From contig CAXHJY010000680.1 of assembly GCA_964016885.1 (NCBI GenBank), positions 1 through 64,000 on the forward strand: a stretch of DNA of 64,000 bases, written 5' to 3'. This DNA is from Eledone cirrhosa. Its lineage: Eukaryota. A program made the position numbers and the translations under genes. How positions within the stretch are numbered: the first letter of the stretch is position 1; each line of letters begins with the position of its first letter. Shown one piece after another: positions 45,581-58,645 of this stretch. The notes under the pieces were generated by a model. That model was not told the origin of the DNA and searched no databases. It worked only from the letters and a program-made list of their open reading frames with translations.

Positions 45581-46096
45581 TAGTATATTTGGCAATATAC
45601 TGTATGCTTAATTAAAAGCATTTTGAAGACTTTACGCTATTGTTTTCAAGTAGTGACTATGTCACTTACTTCTTTTCTCAACAAACAAAGGGAAATAAGT
45701 TGACAGATGTCTGTTTCATACTGTTGGTAATCATCAGAGCTTAGCACTCGGCTTTGCCTGTTGAAAATTATAAATGCTGGATTCTTATAGAATTCCAGTA
45801 ATATTTCAGAGCACCAATTCTAATTTTCAATTTTTGCTGGACCGGCAATTGCTCTGTATAATCAGTTCCTGATTATTACTGGAATTCTATAAGAATCCAA
45901 CATTTATAATTTTCAACAGACAAAGGCGAGTGCTAAACTCTGATGATTACCAACAGTATGAAACAGAGATCTGTCAACTTATTTCCCTTTGTTTGTTGAG
46001 AAAAGAAGTAAGTGACATAGTCACTACTTTAAAACAATAGCGTAAGGTCTTCAAAATACTTTTAATTAAGCATACAGTGTATTGCCAAATATACTA
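45581..46096. mobile_element. ~220-bp-arm inverted repeat carrying a hammerhead in each arm (PLE inverted terminal repeat)
   Basis: Arms ~45581-45803 and ~45874-46096. The motif CT-CTGATGA-T-TAC-caaca-GTA-T-GAA-ACAGA-ga-TCTGT-C (GUC site) is at 45936-45980 (+) and 45697-45742 (-). Confidence 0.85.
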
Positions 46097-46846
46097 TATA
46101 TACATTCATGTATACATCGCATATGTGTGTGTGTATATACATACATATATAATACTAAAAAAAAACGCTGGTAGTTTCAAAGTGAAAGGAAGACAGGTAA
46201 GAATAAGGAGACCCAAAGTGTGGACTCCTGATGTTGGTGGTGGTGGTGGTGGGTTGATTGTTGTGGTGGTGGTGGTGTTGGTGGCGGTGGTGGGTTGATG
46301 GTTGTGGTGGTGCAGTTTGGTGGATGCTAGAAAGTTGAAGGCGGCGTGAGGGGGGGGGGGGGGGCAAAAACAAGCAAAAAAAAACCACCAAAAATCTAAC
46401 AAAACAACAGCTTATGGATATATAAACGAAACAAGAAGATAAAGACAGATGAAACAATATTTTATATATATAAAAAATACAAAATGACAACAAAAAATAA
46501 TAGACAAAAGACAAGAACAACAACGACAAAATGGACAAAAGACGAAATACTGAAGGATTTCAAACAGGAAGAACACAAAAGAGAACAACAGAACGGTGGG
46601 CGTGGGAGGGGTTGGAAGTAAGAAGGGGATAAAAGACGAAAGGAATTCACAGAGGTAAAAACGGAAATATTTTAGAAGAGAGCCTTTTTTGTTGAAAACT
46701 TGTGGCCTATGGTGTTGTTATATGTGGTAAGCTTATTTTCATATTTATAAACAAGCTTGAAACGTGTCTCGGGCTTCGGTTTCAAATCTCTCCTGCTCTT
46801 CCGTTATGTGTGGTAAACTTATTTTCACATTTATAAACAAACTTAA

Positions 46847-47051
46847 GGGCGGTGTATTGGCGTCGGAAACCATATTTCACAGCATTGAGTTATGCTCCTT
46901 TACGTTCTGAGTTCAAATCCCGTCGAGGTCAGCTTTGCCTTTTATCCTTGCGGGGTCGATAAAATAAAGTACCAGTAACGCACTAGGATCGATTTAATAG
47001 ACTTTTCCCTTCACTTCAAATTGTTGGCCTTGTACCTAAATCAGAAACCAT
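46847..47051 (+). mobile_element. SINE family A, full length with 18-bp TSD
   Basis: ATTTATAAACAAACTTAA at 46829-46846 and 47052-47069. Confidence 0.9.
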
Positions 47052-47160
47052 ATTTATAAACAAACTTAAAACGTATCTCGTGCTTCGGTTTCAAATCTCT
47101 CCTGCTCTTCATTTATGTACAGTGTTTTTTTCCTTCCAGCTACAAGTTATTTTTTATATA

Positions 47161-47366
47161 AAGGGTGTTTCAAAAATAAGATATCATAGCCTGCTCCCAA
47201 GGTTGTCACTTTAAAATATATATTGTAAATTGTCACAATGTTGAAATATTTTTAAGAATAAATTTGATGCTGTTCAGCATTAAGCCTGCTCAATCTCGTT
47301 GTCCTACATTTTGTAGTCTCTGGGATATTTACATCTCAAAAGATATCTAACTTTGAAACACCCCGT
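47161..47366. mobile_element. Tc1/mariner-type MITE
   Basis: TIRs GGGTGTTTCAAAAATAAGATATC and GATATCTAACTTTGAAACACCC. Confidence 0.7.
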
Positions 47367-48037
47367 GCAATAATATAAAATATGGTGTTTCCTATTTTAT
47401 TTTGTTGTTTCATCTCACAAAATGGTAATGGTGAAAGGTTTTGGTAGAGTAGTGCACGTCATGTAAACGATCTTTTCTTAGAGGCGCGGATCTTAACTTC
47501 TTCTTCATCATGAATAAGGTCAGTGGATTAGCAGAATCATTAGAGAGTCGGAAAAATGTTTTGTGGCATTTTATCAGGCTCTTATCCTTGCATCATCGAT
47601 AGAATAAAGTAGCAGTCAAGTACTGGAGTCTACATAATTCAAATTCCCCTTTATTTATGATTGTTGAATGCGTTCTGTTTAATGCTGTTTGCTTCTGTGA
47701 TTTGAGGGAAATTGGATTGTTATATCTAGCAAGTCGAATGACCTCATGGAGGGCTCCAAACTATGGATAAGTATGTTATGAAGTATTCATTTCGATGTGG
47801 TCTCTAACACACTTCTCTACACCACCAAAGACAAATATTTTAACATGTCCACCATTTAGGAGTAAATATTTGCATAAAGACATGCAATTTGGTACACACA
47901 CACCCACACCCACACCCACACGCACGCGCACGCGCCCGCACACACACGCGCGAGTTTATAGGCAAAATAAGCTTTCATTACATACGGCTATGCGTGTATT
48001 TATATGTATGTACACAATGCCTCAAGTATATACTGTA

Positions 48038-48075
<38 letters not shown>

Positions 48076-49454
48076 TGTATGTATGTATATATATATGTAT
48101 GTGTATACATATATATATATATATAATATGCATAATACACAGCTTAGTTTTCTTCTCAGGGCTATACAACCCTAATTATACTTTAGGGATTCTTGGAACA
48201 CTGATTTCTCCATTAGCCGTTCTTCCTTGGGTAATGCAGCTGTGGTGGCGGTTTATGATGATGTTAGTGGTGGTGGTGGTGGTGGTGGTGGTGGTGGTGT
48301 AGTGGTGGTGGTGGTGGTGGTGGTGGTGGTGGTGGTGGTGGTAATGGCAGCAGTGGTTGTCTTCAGGGAAGGTATAGAGCCTTAAGAAGACGGCGACATA
48401 CATAGCAATACATAGCTGGATAATGCAAGACATTGTAAGACAGTACAAGAAAAGGTAAAACGCAGCAAGACTGTGGTGCAAGAATGTAGAAGAGAAGGCA
48501 ATGCAGGACTGTGGAGCAAAAGAAAGGCAAGAAAATAGGAGAAAATAAGAGAATACGAGAGAAAGAAAAAAAGAGGAAGCAACGCATTTCAGGCAATTAG
48601 CAGCAATGGCGGTTATAAGAGACGCCGCGAGAATGTTGGGACGTGTAACTACACCCTCGGGGGTTGACAGTTAACTAAAGATTGATCAATGAGTTGAGGT
48701 TGAAGGAGAGGGAGAGGTAGACAGACAGAGAAAGGGGTAGATACAGAGAAAAGAGTGACGGGCAGCGGATGGACACAAAGAAAAAGGTATACAGAAATAG
48801 AGAAAGAGAGAGGTGGGTTAAACAGTGGCGTAGAAAGACAGACAGGAACAGGGAGAGGGGTAAACTGGGAGGAAGATATAAAGATAGAGGGTACACAGAG
48901 AGAAAAGTAAAGAGAGAAGGGGAGAAAAAGAGACAGACAGAGTAAGAAGTACAGAGAAAGTGTTGGTGGTGGTATTGATGGTGATGATGGTGGTAATTAT
49001 GGTGACAGTGGTGGTCATGATGGTGGTGGTAAGAATTTAAATATACTTCTGTGTTCATGCCTCTATACGGCAATTAATTTAAGTAACTAATGGTGTTATT
49101 AAGTCTGCCGTACCACAGACTACACCACCACCGCCACCAAAAGCACAGGCAAAACCACCATCACAACTACCAACACAAACAGCAGCACCTGCACCACAAC
49201 CAGCAATGGCGGCAACACACCCACCAGCACTGGATGCACCAAAATCACTACAAAGACCACCACCGTCAGTAGCAGCAAAATCAGACAGACCACCACAAAT
49301 ACCAGCGTGACCACAACCAACAACACGGCAACAACCACCAATAGCACCAATACAAACGATACCACATCTAAAGAGAAAAAATAGATTAATCATAAATGAT
49401 TATTCAGGATTCAAAAAAATTAATCCACAATTAACCGTTACATTAAATCCATCC

Positions 49455-49740
49455 CTATCACTAAACCTAACCCAAACAGCAACTCCAAGCACAAAACTAA
49501 CCCTAACCCTAACCCCGAGACCGAACCTAACCCTAAACCTAACCCTGACACTGACCCTAACTCTAACACTAACCCAACCCTCAACACCAACCTAAACACC
49601 AACCCAACACTAAACCTAAACCTAACCCTAAAACTAACACCGACCCCACCCATAACCTTAATCCTAGCCCTAACTCTAAACCTAACCATAACCCTAACCC
49701 TAGCACTAACCCTAACCGTAACACTAAACCTATTCAAACC
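49455..49740. repeat. degenerate telomere-like (CCCTAA)n tract
   Basis: 6-bp periodic AACCCT/AAACCT units. Confidence 0.85.
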
Positions 49741-49959
49741 GCAGCTCCAAGGTTAAAGTGTTTCCTGTATTTCCTGTATTTCACCCTTAACGGGATCTTC
49801 TGAAACTAAAAAAAAAATCAATCTGTGAACGCAGAAGTAAATATTTCGAAAAACGTTGCAACGAAGGAAGACAGGAAGACGATACTTTGGTTCGTGGAAA
49901 CGTTCCCTGGCAAAGAATGGGAAAAAACGAAGATAATACATCATTATTTGGAACGGTGA

Positions 49960-50180
49960 GAACACTTACACGCAAAGACGTAGGGCCTACATAGGGTTAA
50001 CCGCCAATAGATTCAAGCAGCGTCTTTACATGCATACCCATTCTTTTCTTAACCCTTTAAGAAGGAATATGACGTCACTTTCAGCTTATATCTGGAGTCT
50101 AAAAGACAACCACACCCAATATAGGTTACACTGGGAGATCCTAGCTAAGGCTAGATCGTATAACGGAAATAAAAGAAATG
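49960..50180 (+). pseudogene. Penelope-like GIY-YIG endonuclease remnant (family P4)
   Basis: In frame RAYIGLTANRFKQRLYMHTHSFLNPLRRNMTSLSAYIWSLKDNHTQYRLHWEILAKARSYN, with YIG at 49988-49996, followed by P4 terminal sequence. Confidence 0.9.
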
Positions 50181-50302
50181 AAAGCAACGATTCTTTGCTT
50201 AAACTTGAATCTGTTATTTTAATATATATATATATTTTTAATATATATATATACTTTTAATATATATATATATATTTAATATATATATATATATATATTT
50301 AA

Positions 50303-50926
50303 TTCGAACGGTTAAATGAACACTGGCGAGAGCTTCAAGATAATAAAGAATCATCAATACTCCACCAACATGCTAAAATAGAACATAAGGGCAAATTAGA
50401 GAACATAGAAATAAAAATAGAATCTACATACAGAAAAGACGCAATGTTTAGACAAATCACAGAGGCAATAAACATAAATGAACTCCAACCAAAATTAAAT
50501 AGAAAACATGAATGGAATAGCAACATCACAACTTACAATTAAGGACAAAATGAAAACACACACACACATAGAAAAACAACCAACCAGTAACATGTAAATA
50601 AACAAATAAAAACACACACAGACACCCGGATGTAACACATGCGCAAACTAAGCACACAACACACACAAAAACAAGTTGCCGTAGGACAGAACAAAGGAGA
50701 AGCACAAAACAAAGAAAAGAATCCCCAGTCACTGAAGAGGTCAGAGAATGTGTGACGAAAGAACTTTGACAATATATGAACAACCGTCCGGTTGTGGAAC
50801 CAACCAACCAACCGGAAATTTATAAATTCTTAAATTTATAAATTTAATTTATAATAAATTGGAGTGAAAGCAACTGGTGCGTGTGTTTCTTATTGGCAAC
50901 ATGACCCTCCCAAAGTATAACAATAT
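50303..50926 (+). mobile_element. Penelope-like element 3' part (family P5 relative): GIY-YIG C-terminus, CA-rich tract, hammerhead, tail
   Basis: 50303-50542 encodes FERLNEHWRELQDNKESSILHQHAKIEH...DAMFRQITEAININELQPKLNRKHEWN*, which is missed by the ORF track. The hammerhead GTCA-CTGAAGA-G-GTCA-loop-TGAC-GAA-AGAACT-T-TGAC is at 50728-50770, and the terminus is ATGACCCTCCCAAAGTATAACAAT. Confidence 0.88.
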
Positions 50927-51463
50927 CGGTTTCAACACACGTTTTCAGATAAATAATCTTGCTAAATAAATTCAGAAACGATATATATATTTATATATAT
51001 ATATATTCAAATAATTACTGCATTAATTATTTCAATAAAGTAATCTACGGAGGTTTATTCTTAAGCCTGTTTTTTTTTTAAAAAAAAAAGGATGCAGTTT
51101 TAAAAGAAAAATGACGGTATTTAAAATGACGATGTTGCTTTTTAAAGGATGTTTTATACATTATTCATTGATAAAACTACAGAAAAAGACTTTAAGCAAC
51201 TTAGAGAACTAAAGATTTTATAAATAAATCGTGTAAACTCTAGAATGATGACAGACCAATCACTTATATGCTAACCTGACAAGATCGTTTGATTTCTAGT
51301 CAGATACGTGATTGTTAAAAATTTTACACATATATACATATACATATATAGATACAGACACGCACACACGCACACACATATATATATATATGTAAATATA
51401 TGTACCTATATATATTTATATATATAAATATATATATATATGTATATGTGTATGTATATATAC

Positions 51464-51535
<72 letters not shown>

Positions 51536-51585
51536 GTATATATACGTATATATATATATATATACATATATACATATATATGTAT

Positions 51586-51639
<54 letters not shown>

Positions 51640-52074
51640 AAACAATAAAAATAAGAAAAAAGACCGTTCTTCCTAAAAGACTGTGGAAAGTAGTAGGTCT
51701 TATATGAAGGATAAGATATTTGTCGACAAGTGACAAAGTTATCAAGGCATAAACCAAAAGGTAGTAATGCCCCACACAGAAACTTATGAGTCAGTAGGAA
51801 TGTATTTAGAGATTCTCCAAGACATTAATCTTGTTATTTTGAAGGCATAATTCGTCTCAAAATTATAGGTTCCATTATAAAATCTATTACTAAGTAGATC
51901 TGATCTTTCTAAGATATATGCAATTACAAGGGAAATCTTACACTACAGCAGCTGGTGGGTCTTCTCGCTCTCTCTCTCTCTCTCTCTCTCTACTTCATCG
52001 TGGTCATCATCGTCATCGTCATCATAATCATCGTCATCACCAGCATTGTCGTCGTCATCATCATCATAATAATA

Positions 52075-52232
52075 ATTGTTTCTACTTTTGGCACAAGGCC
52101 AGCAATTAAATAAAGTGTATTACTGGTACTTTATTTTATCGACCCCACAAGGATGAAAGGCAAACTTAACCTCGGCGGGATTTGAACTCAGACCGTAAAA
52201 CATGGCGTCCGACTCTCTACTGATACTGCCAT
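52075..52232 (-). mobile_element. SINE family A
   Basis: Matches 32799-32990. Confidence 0.85.
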
Positions 52233-52434
52233 GAAGTTATTGTGTACAGTGCTCAGGTGCACTACAACTCATCAAAGGTGGATGTATAGTACGTAGGGTA
52301 ATGTACAAATGTCAGGAAAATGAATAGTGTATGAATCGTGATATACATGTGTTCGTGTGTATGGAGGGGTGATATCAGGTATAATGTTGGAGAATTTCAG
52401 GAACCATGGAGGTTTTCTTCTTCTTCTTCTTCTT

Positions 52435-52548
52435 CTTCTTCTTCTTCTTCTTCTTCTTCTTCTTCTTCTTCTTCTTCTTCTTCTTCTTCTTCTTCTTCTT
52501 CTTCTTCTTCTTCTTCTTCTGCTGCTTCTTCTTCTTCTTCTTCTTCTT
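52435..52548. repeat. (CTT)n microsatellite
   Basis: Directly visible. Confidence 0.98.
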
Positions 52549-52982
52549 ATAAATAAAATCATCATTATTATTATTATTATTATTGCACAACGCCCTCTTA
52601 GAGACAGAATTTGGCTGTTTTAACGGTTTTCTAACGATGAGTTTTCTTATTTTTATACGTATTCAAATACACCGTAGCTTCGTCTAAGTCAGAGACAACA
52701 ATGATTTCATTTAACTTTATTATAGTTATGATTGGCTTTCTCTGTAGTACAGACACCACAGCTTCAGGTCCGCTATCCTGTTAGTTTTCATTTCTTTGTT
52801 TTATTTCGTCCTTCTATCTGCGCTGATTGTTTTATCACACACCTCATACCAGCAGAAAGATTTATTTTTCTCTCTACGACTGACATCTCTCTCTCTCTCT
52901 CCCCTCTCCCCGTCTCTCTCTCTCTCATCCCCCCCCTCTCTCTCTCTCTCCTTTCCCACTCTCTCTCTTGATTCATATCGCA

Positions 52983-53032
<50 letters not shown>

Positions 53033-53200
53033 ACCACTACTACTGGCTTCAAATCGTGATCTTCACCAGTGATAGAACCTGCTCTCCCGTGCTGTATATT
53101 GTAACATTGGGGTGTCCACATCTTCTCTCTCTCTCCCCTTCCCCCTCTCTCTCTTTATTTATCTCCCACTGTCTCTTCCTCTCACTTTCTTGATTCATCT

Positions 53201-53275
<75 letters not shown>

Positions 53276-53687
53276 TCTCTCCTTACCACTACTACTAGCT
53301 TCAAATCGTGATCTTCACCAGTGATAGAACCTGCTCTCCCGTGTTGTGCCTTCTAACAAATTACCTCTGGTCGTGCACTTGACTTCCATTGACATCCTAT
53401 CTAATCTATTAGCGATAATTGTTTTAAGTTCGATCTTTTATCTCTGTGATTGTAGTGATTGTTATACGGTACACGGCCTTCTAGTAATGTTGCAAGTCTT
53501 CTTTAATCAGTCTTATGGAAACTACAAACAATTCGCTAATTTATAATTCTAATAATGATAATAATAATAATGATAATGATAAAAATGATAATGATAATGA
53601 TACTAATAATAATTCTATTTAGCACTACACTTAATTGTCGACAATATATTAATTTGGTAACGAACACCACACATACACACATATATG

Positions 53688-53804
<117 letters not shown>

Positions 53805-53806
53805 AT

Positions 53807-53841
<35 letters not shown>

Positions 53842-54346
53842 ATGTGTGTGTATGAGTGTGTGTGTGTGTGTGTATAAATGTAAACATATATGTATGCATG
53901 TATAATGTATATATGTGTATATATATATATGTGTGTGTGTATGTGTGTGTGTATGTGTGTGTGTATGTGTGTGTATGAGTGTGTGTGTGTATAAATGTAA
54001 ACATATATGTATGCATGTATAATGTATATATGTGTATATATATATGTGTGTGTGTATGTGTGTGTGTGTGTGTGTGTGTATGTGTGTATAAATGTAAACA
54101 TATATGTATGCATGTATAATGTATAATGTGTATATGTGTATATATATATGTGTGAGTGTGTGTGTGTATGTGTGTGTGTATAAATGTAAACATATATGTA
54201 TGCATGTATAATGTATATATGTGTGTGTGGCTGTATAAATACAAAGTGTCCAAATATTTATTAGAACTTAATCTTAAATAGAATTTAATTTCAACATTAT
54301 TGGATAACAATGCAAATTATTAATTTCGTTATTATGTCTTTCATTT

Positions 54347-54513
54347 AGGGCGTTGGGTTTGCAGAATCGGTAGAGCGACAGAGAAAATGATTTGCAGTAT
54401 CTTCTTAACTTCTGAGTTCAAATCACGCCGAGCTAAACTTTGCCTTTCATCTTTCTGGCGTCGATAAAATAATTGTTTCTTCTTTTGTCACAAGACCAGC
54501 AATTATCCCAGTG
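54347..54513 (+). mobile_element. SINE family A head joined to an inverted SINE tail
   Basis: Plus-strand head and central domain to ~54472, then the minus-strand tail ATTGTTTCTTCTTTTGTCACAAG. Confidence 0.7.
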
Positions 54514-54546
54514 CATACACCCCCCCTCCACACACACACACATACG

Positions 54547-54596
<50 letters not shown>

Positions 54597-54612
54597 CATA
54601 TATATAGATATA

Positions 54613-54772
54613 CATGCTGTGGCACGCCGCCCAGGCTTTGCTCTTCCTCTCAACCACATCATCTTCCGTATTCCTGATCTTTGCTCCCAAATACAGGAAG
54701 TCCTCACCCAAATCTAGCGGCTTCCCGCCTACATTACTGATCCCCTCTGGCTTCTCAACATTCTCTACCAGA
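54613..54772 (-). mobile_element. RTE-type LINE fragment (RT thumb region)
   Basis: GEDFLYLGAKIRNTEDDVVERKSKAWAACHS contains the F.YLG motif. Confidence 0.8.
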
Positions 54773-55488
54773 TATTAGTATAATTAGCTCAAACATAACC
54801 AAATACAAAAGATATTAAAAATTTCACGGTATTTAATTGGTCGCTTCTATTTGACTTAATATTTGAAAACAACGTCCCTTTCTTCTTTCTTTCTTTCTTT
54901 CATTCTTTCCTTTTTGCAGTTACGTCTTCCCTCTTCTCTCTTCTATCTCTCTCTCTCTCCTTCTTCTATCTTCTCTTCTTTTTCTCTCTTCTTCTTTCTT
55001 CTCTTCTATCTCTCTCTCTCTCTCTCTCTTCCTTTTCTCCCTAACACATTTAAATATTTAAATATTTATGTACGTATGTGTTTATTTATTTCTTCTTACA
55101 TTTTCTCATACTCACCCCCTCCTTATACTTATGTCTCGCTCCACATCCTCTTCTTCATCATATTTAAGTTTATCATGTTATTATTTGTGTATATAAATAT
55201 TGAAATTTGTTGTAATAAATCACTGCCAATACTGGAATTAAACCATCAAGACCGTTGAGGTATGTCATACATCAATTCATATATTTTATCTGATGAGGAC
55301 GTACTGAAAAAACAGCACAGTACCTCCGAAATATATATAATAAAACATATATTTTGATTCTGTGAACGTCTTCATTTATTATTATTTTGAATAATATTAA
55401 TAACTCCAGAAAACTTCACTGTAGAGTGCTTTGAATCTATTGTAAAACTATATTCATTGAGTAATCAATGAACCATATTAATATTTGG

Positions 55489-55490
<2 letters not shown>
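54772..55490 (+). mobile_element. PLE-like element 3' part, family P3, hammerhead at 55281-55350
   Basis: TTTTAT-CTGATGA-GGACGTACTG-loop-CAGTACCTCC-GAA-ATATATAT-A-ATAAAA; ends TTTGGTT-(AT)n. Confidence 0.82.
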
Positions 55491-55548
<58 letters not shown>

Positions 55549-56268
55549 TGTATACATATATTCGTTTATATGCAAATATATTTACCTTTATCTTTTTGAT
55601 CGTATGAACAGTGTGTATATGTTTACGCGCCGGGAGCTGAGCATCTGTATGTGTTTGTGTACATATTTATGTGTGTATGTGTACGTTTGATTGTTCGTAC
55701 ATATGTCTGACATGTTCCATGTAAGCGTGTAGATGTATGTGTGAATGTATGTGCCTCAGACTCTGCGAATCTGTGTATATGTGTGAATATGCGTATATGC
55801 ATATGTGTCTGTCTGCATCAGAATCAGTAAGTGTGTGTTTGTACGTGCATGTTTCTTTTGTATATTGTTTATTTGTGTGTATATGTTTGTGTGTGCGTAT
55901 GTGTATGTGTTTGTGTGTGTATATGAGTACGTGTGAATGTTTATATGCCTGTATTTGAAACGGTGCGTCTTCGTCTATATGTGTGTATCTGTATGTGAGT
56001 GTGTATGTGTGTATGTGTGTGTGTGAGGAGTGTGTGAGGAGGACAGGGTAGGTTAGCAGCAAATCTGCCAAGTGTAGACATGGAGAAATAAGAAAGATCA
56101 CACCCCGATAACAAAATGGTAAGACAATCGATGGAAGCGGTGCCAAAGTATTCTAGAAAGTTCTCAAGAATCATGGGTGAGAAAAATCCGTCGAAAGTTG
56201 TTAATTAGTAGATTTGATTACAAAAGAAAATAAAAATATACATATCTGAATTTATACATACATACATA

Positions 56269-56347
<79 letters not shown>

Positions 56348-56487
56348 GTGTGTGTAAATGTAAATGTATGATTGTGTATTTATTACGAGATTAGAATGTA
56401 TATACATATGTACATACATGTGTATATATGCATGTATGTATAGATGTTTGTATTAAACTTATGTATTATTTATATTATATATATACA

Positions 56488-56594
<107 letters not shown>

Positions 56595-56612
56595 ATATAT
56601 ATATATATATAT

Positions 56613-56670
<58 letters not shown>

Positions 56671-56682
56671 TGTATATATTAT

Positions 56683-57193
56683 TTCTGTTTAACACCACGT
56701 AACCACATAACCTCCTTGTTAAGTACGCTGCAAGACGTATATAGGCGCGAACTTGCATCAAGCTGGCGTTTATTAATTTGCCGAGGTTTTTAGGTTTCGT
56801 CAATCTTTTGTTATCGTTGCTGTCTCTCTGTTGTACCTTTGTCTTAATATTATTTTGAATAGTGTTTGTTATTTGTCTCTGTTACTTCTATTGTATTTTG
56901 TTGTTGCCGTTGTTGTTATTCCTGTTATTATTTTTGTTGTTGTTATTGTTGTTAATGTTGTTTTAATGTTTATATATGTTGCTGCTTGGTGTTAGTGTTC
57001 TTGTTTTAGTCGTGGTTGTATTGGTGTTGTAAGTGTTGATGATAGTGTTGTAAGTGTTTGTGTTACTTTAGTAAGTGTTAGAGTTGGTGCTGGTGTTCGT
57101 ATTGGTGTTCGAATTGGTGTTGCAGTTTGTGTTGCTGGGGTGCTGAATTTCATTCTTATCTTTTTCATTTGCGAAATTGCGGTTGTTCTGTAA

Positions 57194-57196
<3 letters not shown>
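56683..57196 (-). mobile_element. probable PLE 3' end (CA-rich tract then decayed hammerhead)
   Basis: A long AAC-rich tract on the minus strand is followed by TTGACGA-AA-CC...GG-C-AAA-TTAAT-A. Flanked by (TA)n. Confidence 0.45.
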
Positions 57197-57287
<91 letters not shown>

Positions 57288-57433
57288 CATATGTATATAT
57301 ATAAGTAAGTTTATTTTGAAACAGCAAGCGTAGTTTGTCACCTAGTAGAAATAAAAGCTTTCGTTGTATTTTTGTCTAAGGAAATTTTAGCCTGATAGTG
57401 GGGTTTAAAACCCTTTAAAAATAGAAAGGATGA

Positions 57434-57503
<70 letters not shown>

Positions 57504-57517
57504 TTTTCGGAAGGTTA

Positions 57518-57670
57518 CTTTGTTTTGTGGTTAGTATGTTAGGACACAATCGTAAGAACGTAGGTCGTTAAGTTCAATTCTATGAACAGTCGACACGTTT
57601 TATGTATGAACAGAACACTTTATTTCACGTTGTTCCGACACCACTCACTCAACTGGGAAAAATGAGTTCC
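57518..57670 (+). mobile_element. SINE family B, decayed
   Basis: Contains TGTGGTTAG...AGTTCAATTC...ACACTTTATTTCACGTTG. Confidence 0.65.
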
Positions 57671-58068
57671 AGATTCACTGGTGCCAAGCTGAACATCATT
57701 GGTTGCATGAAAATGGGAGACTGGCCTGCATAAATGACTGCTAGTCCAACACAAAATATCGTAGAAAGTACTATCTTGGACTTGTGTTTTTTACAATAGG
57801 CTCGGTTTAACCAAGGCATAGTGGGTAAAATTGGAATGAGGTAAACTAGGAATTAGTTGTCTACTTTACCCTATTTCCGTGGTATTCAACAGACAGAAAA
57901 TCCGTAACGTGTTTTCCTTTGTATTCAAATACATTCATTTAGACATAAATATGGACGCTTGAAACACGTTTATATAAAGAGCAAATAGATAAACAAATAG
58001 ATAGACAATAGATAGATAGACAATAGGTAGATAGACAGACATTCAGATAGATAGAAAAACAGACATTC

Positions 58069-58128
<60 letters not shown>

Positions 58129-58241
58129 TACAAAGAAAGCAATGTGTTTGTCTGTGTTTATCAGTATGTAATAATGTACCTATGTATGTATGTATATGTA
58201 TGCATGTAAGTATATATAAATTTGTATATATATATATATAT

Positions 58242-58306
<65 letters not shown>

Positions 58307-58308
58307 CA

Positions 58309-58415
<107 letters not shown>

Positions 58416-58488
58416 GTGTATGTGTGTGTGTGTATGTATATTTATATGTATATATATGCATATGTATACACACGCATATATACATATG

Positions 58489-58591
<103 letters not shown>

Positions 58592-58645
58592 ATATATCCT
58601 ATTATATCATATATTTATATATATGTATATATCTTTATATATATA

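Noticed and set aside
49079-49393. Gly/Cys/Ala-rich or Pro/Thr-rich ORF
   Set aside because: Looks like a decayed (CCA/ACA)n microsatellite, with no splice or homology evidence.
56728-56770. Plus-strand CKTYIG as a GIY-YIG motif
   Set aside because: The frame is very short with no upstream GIY or downstream conserved Arg/His pattern.
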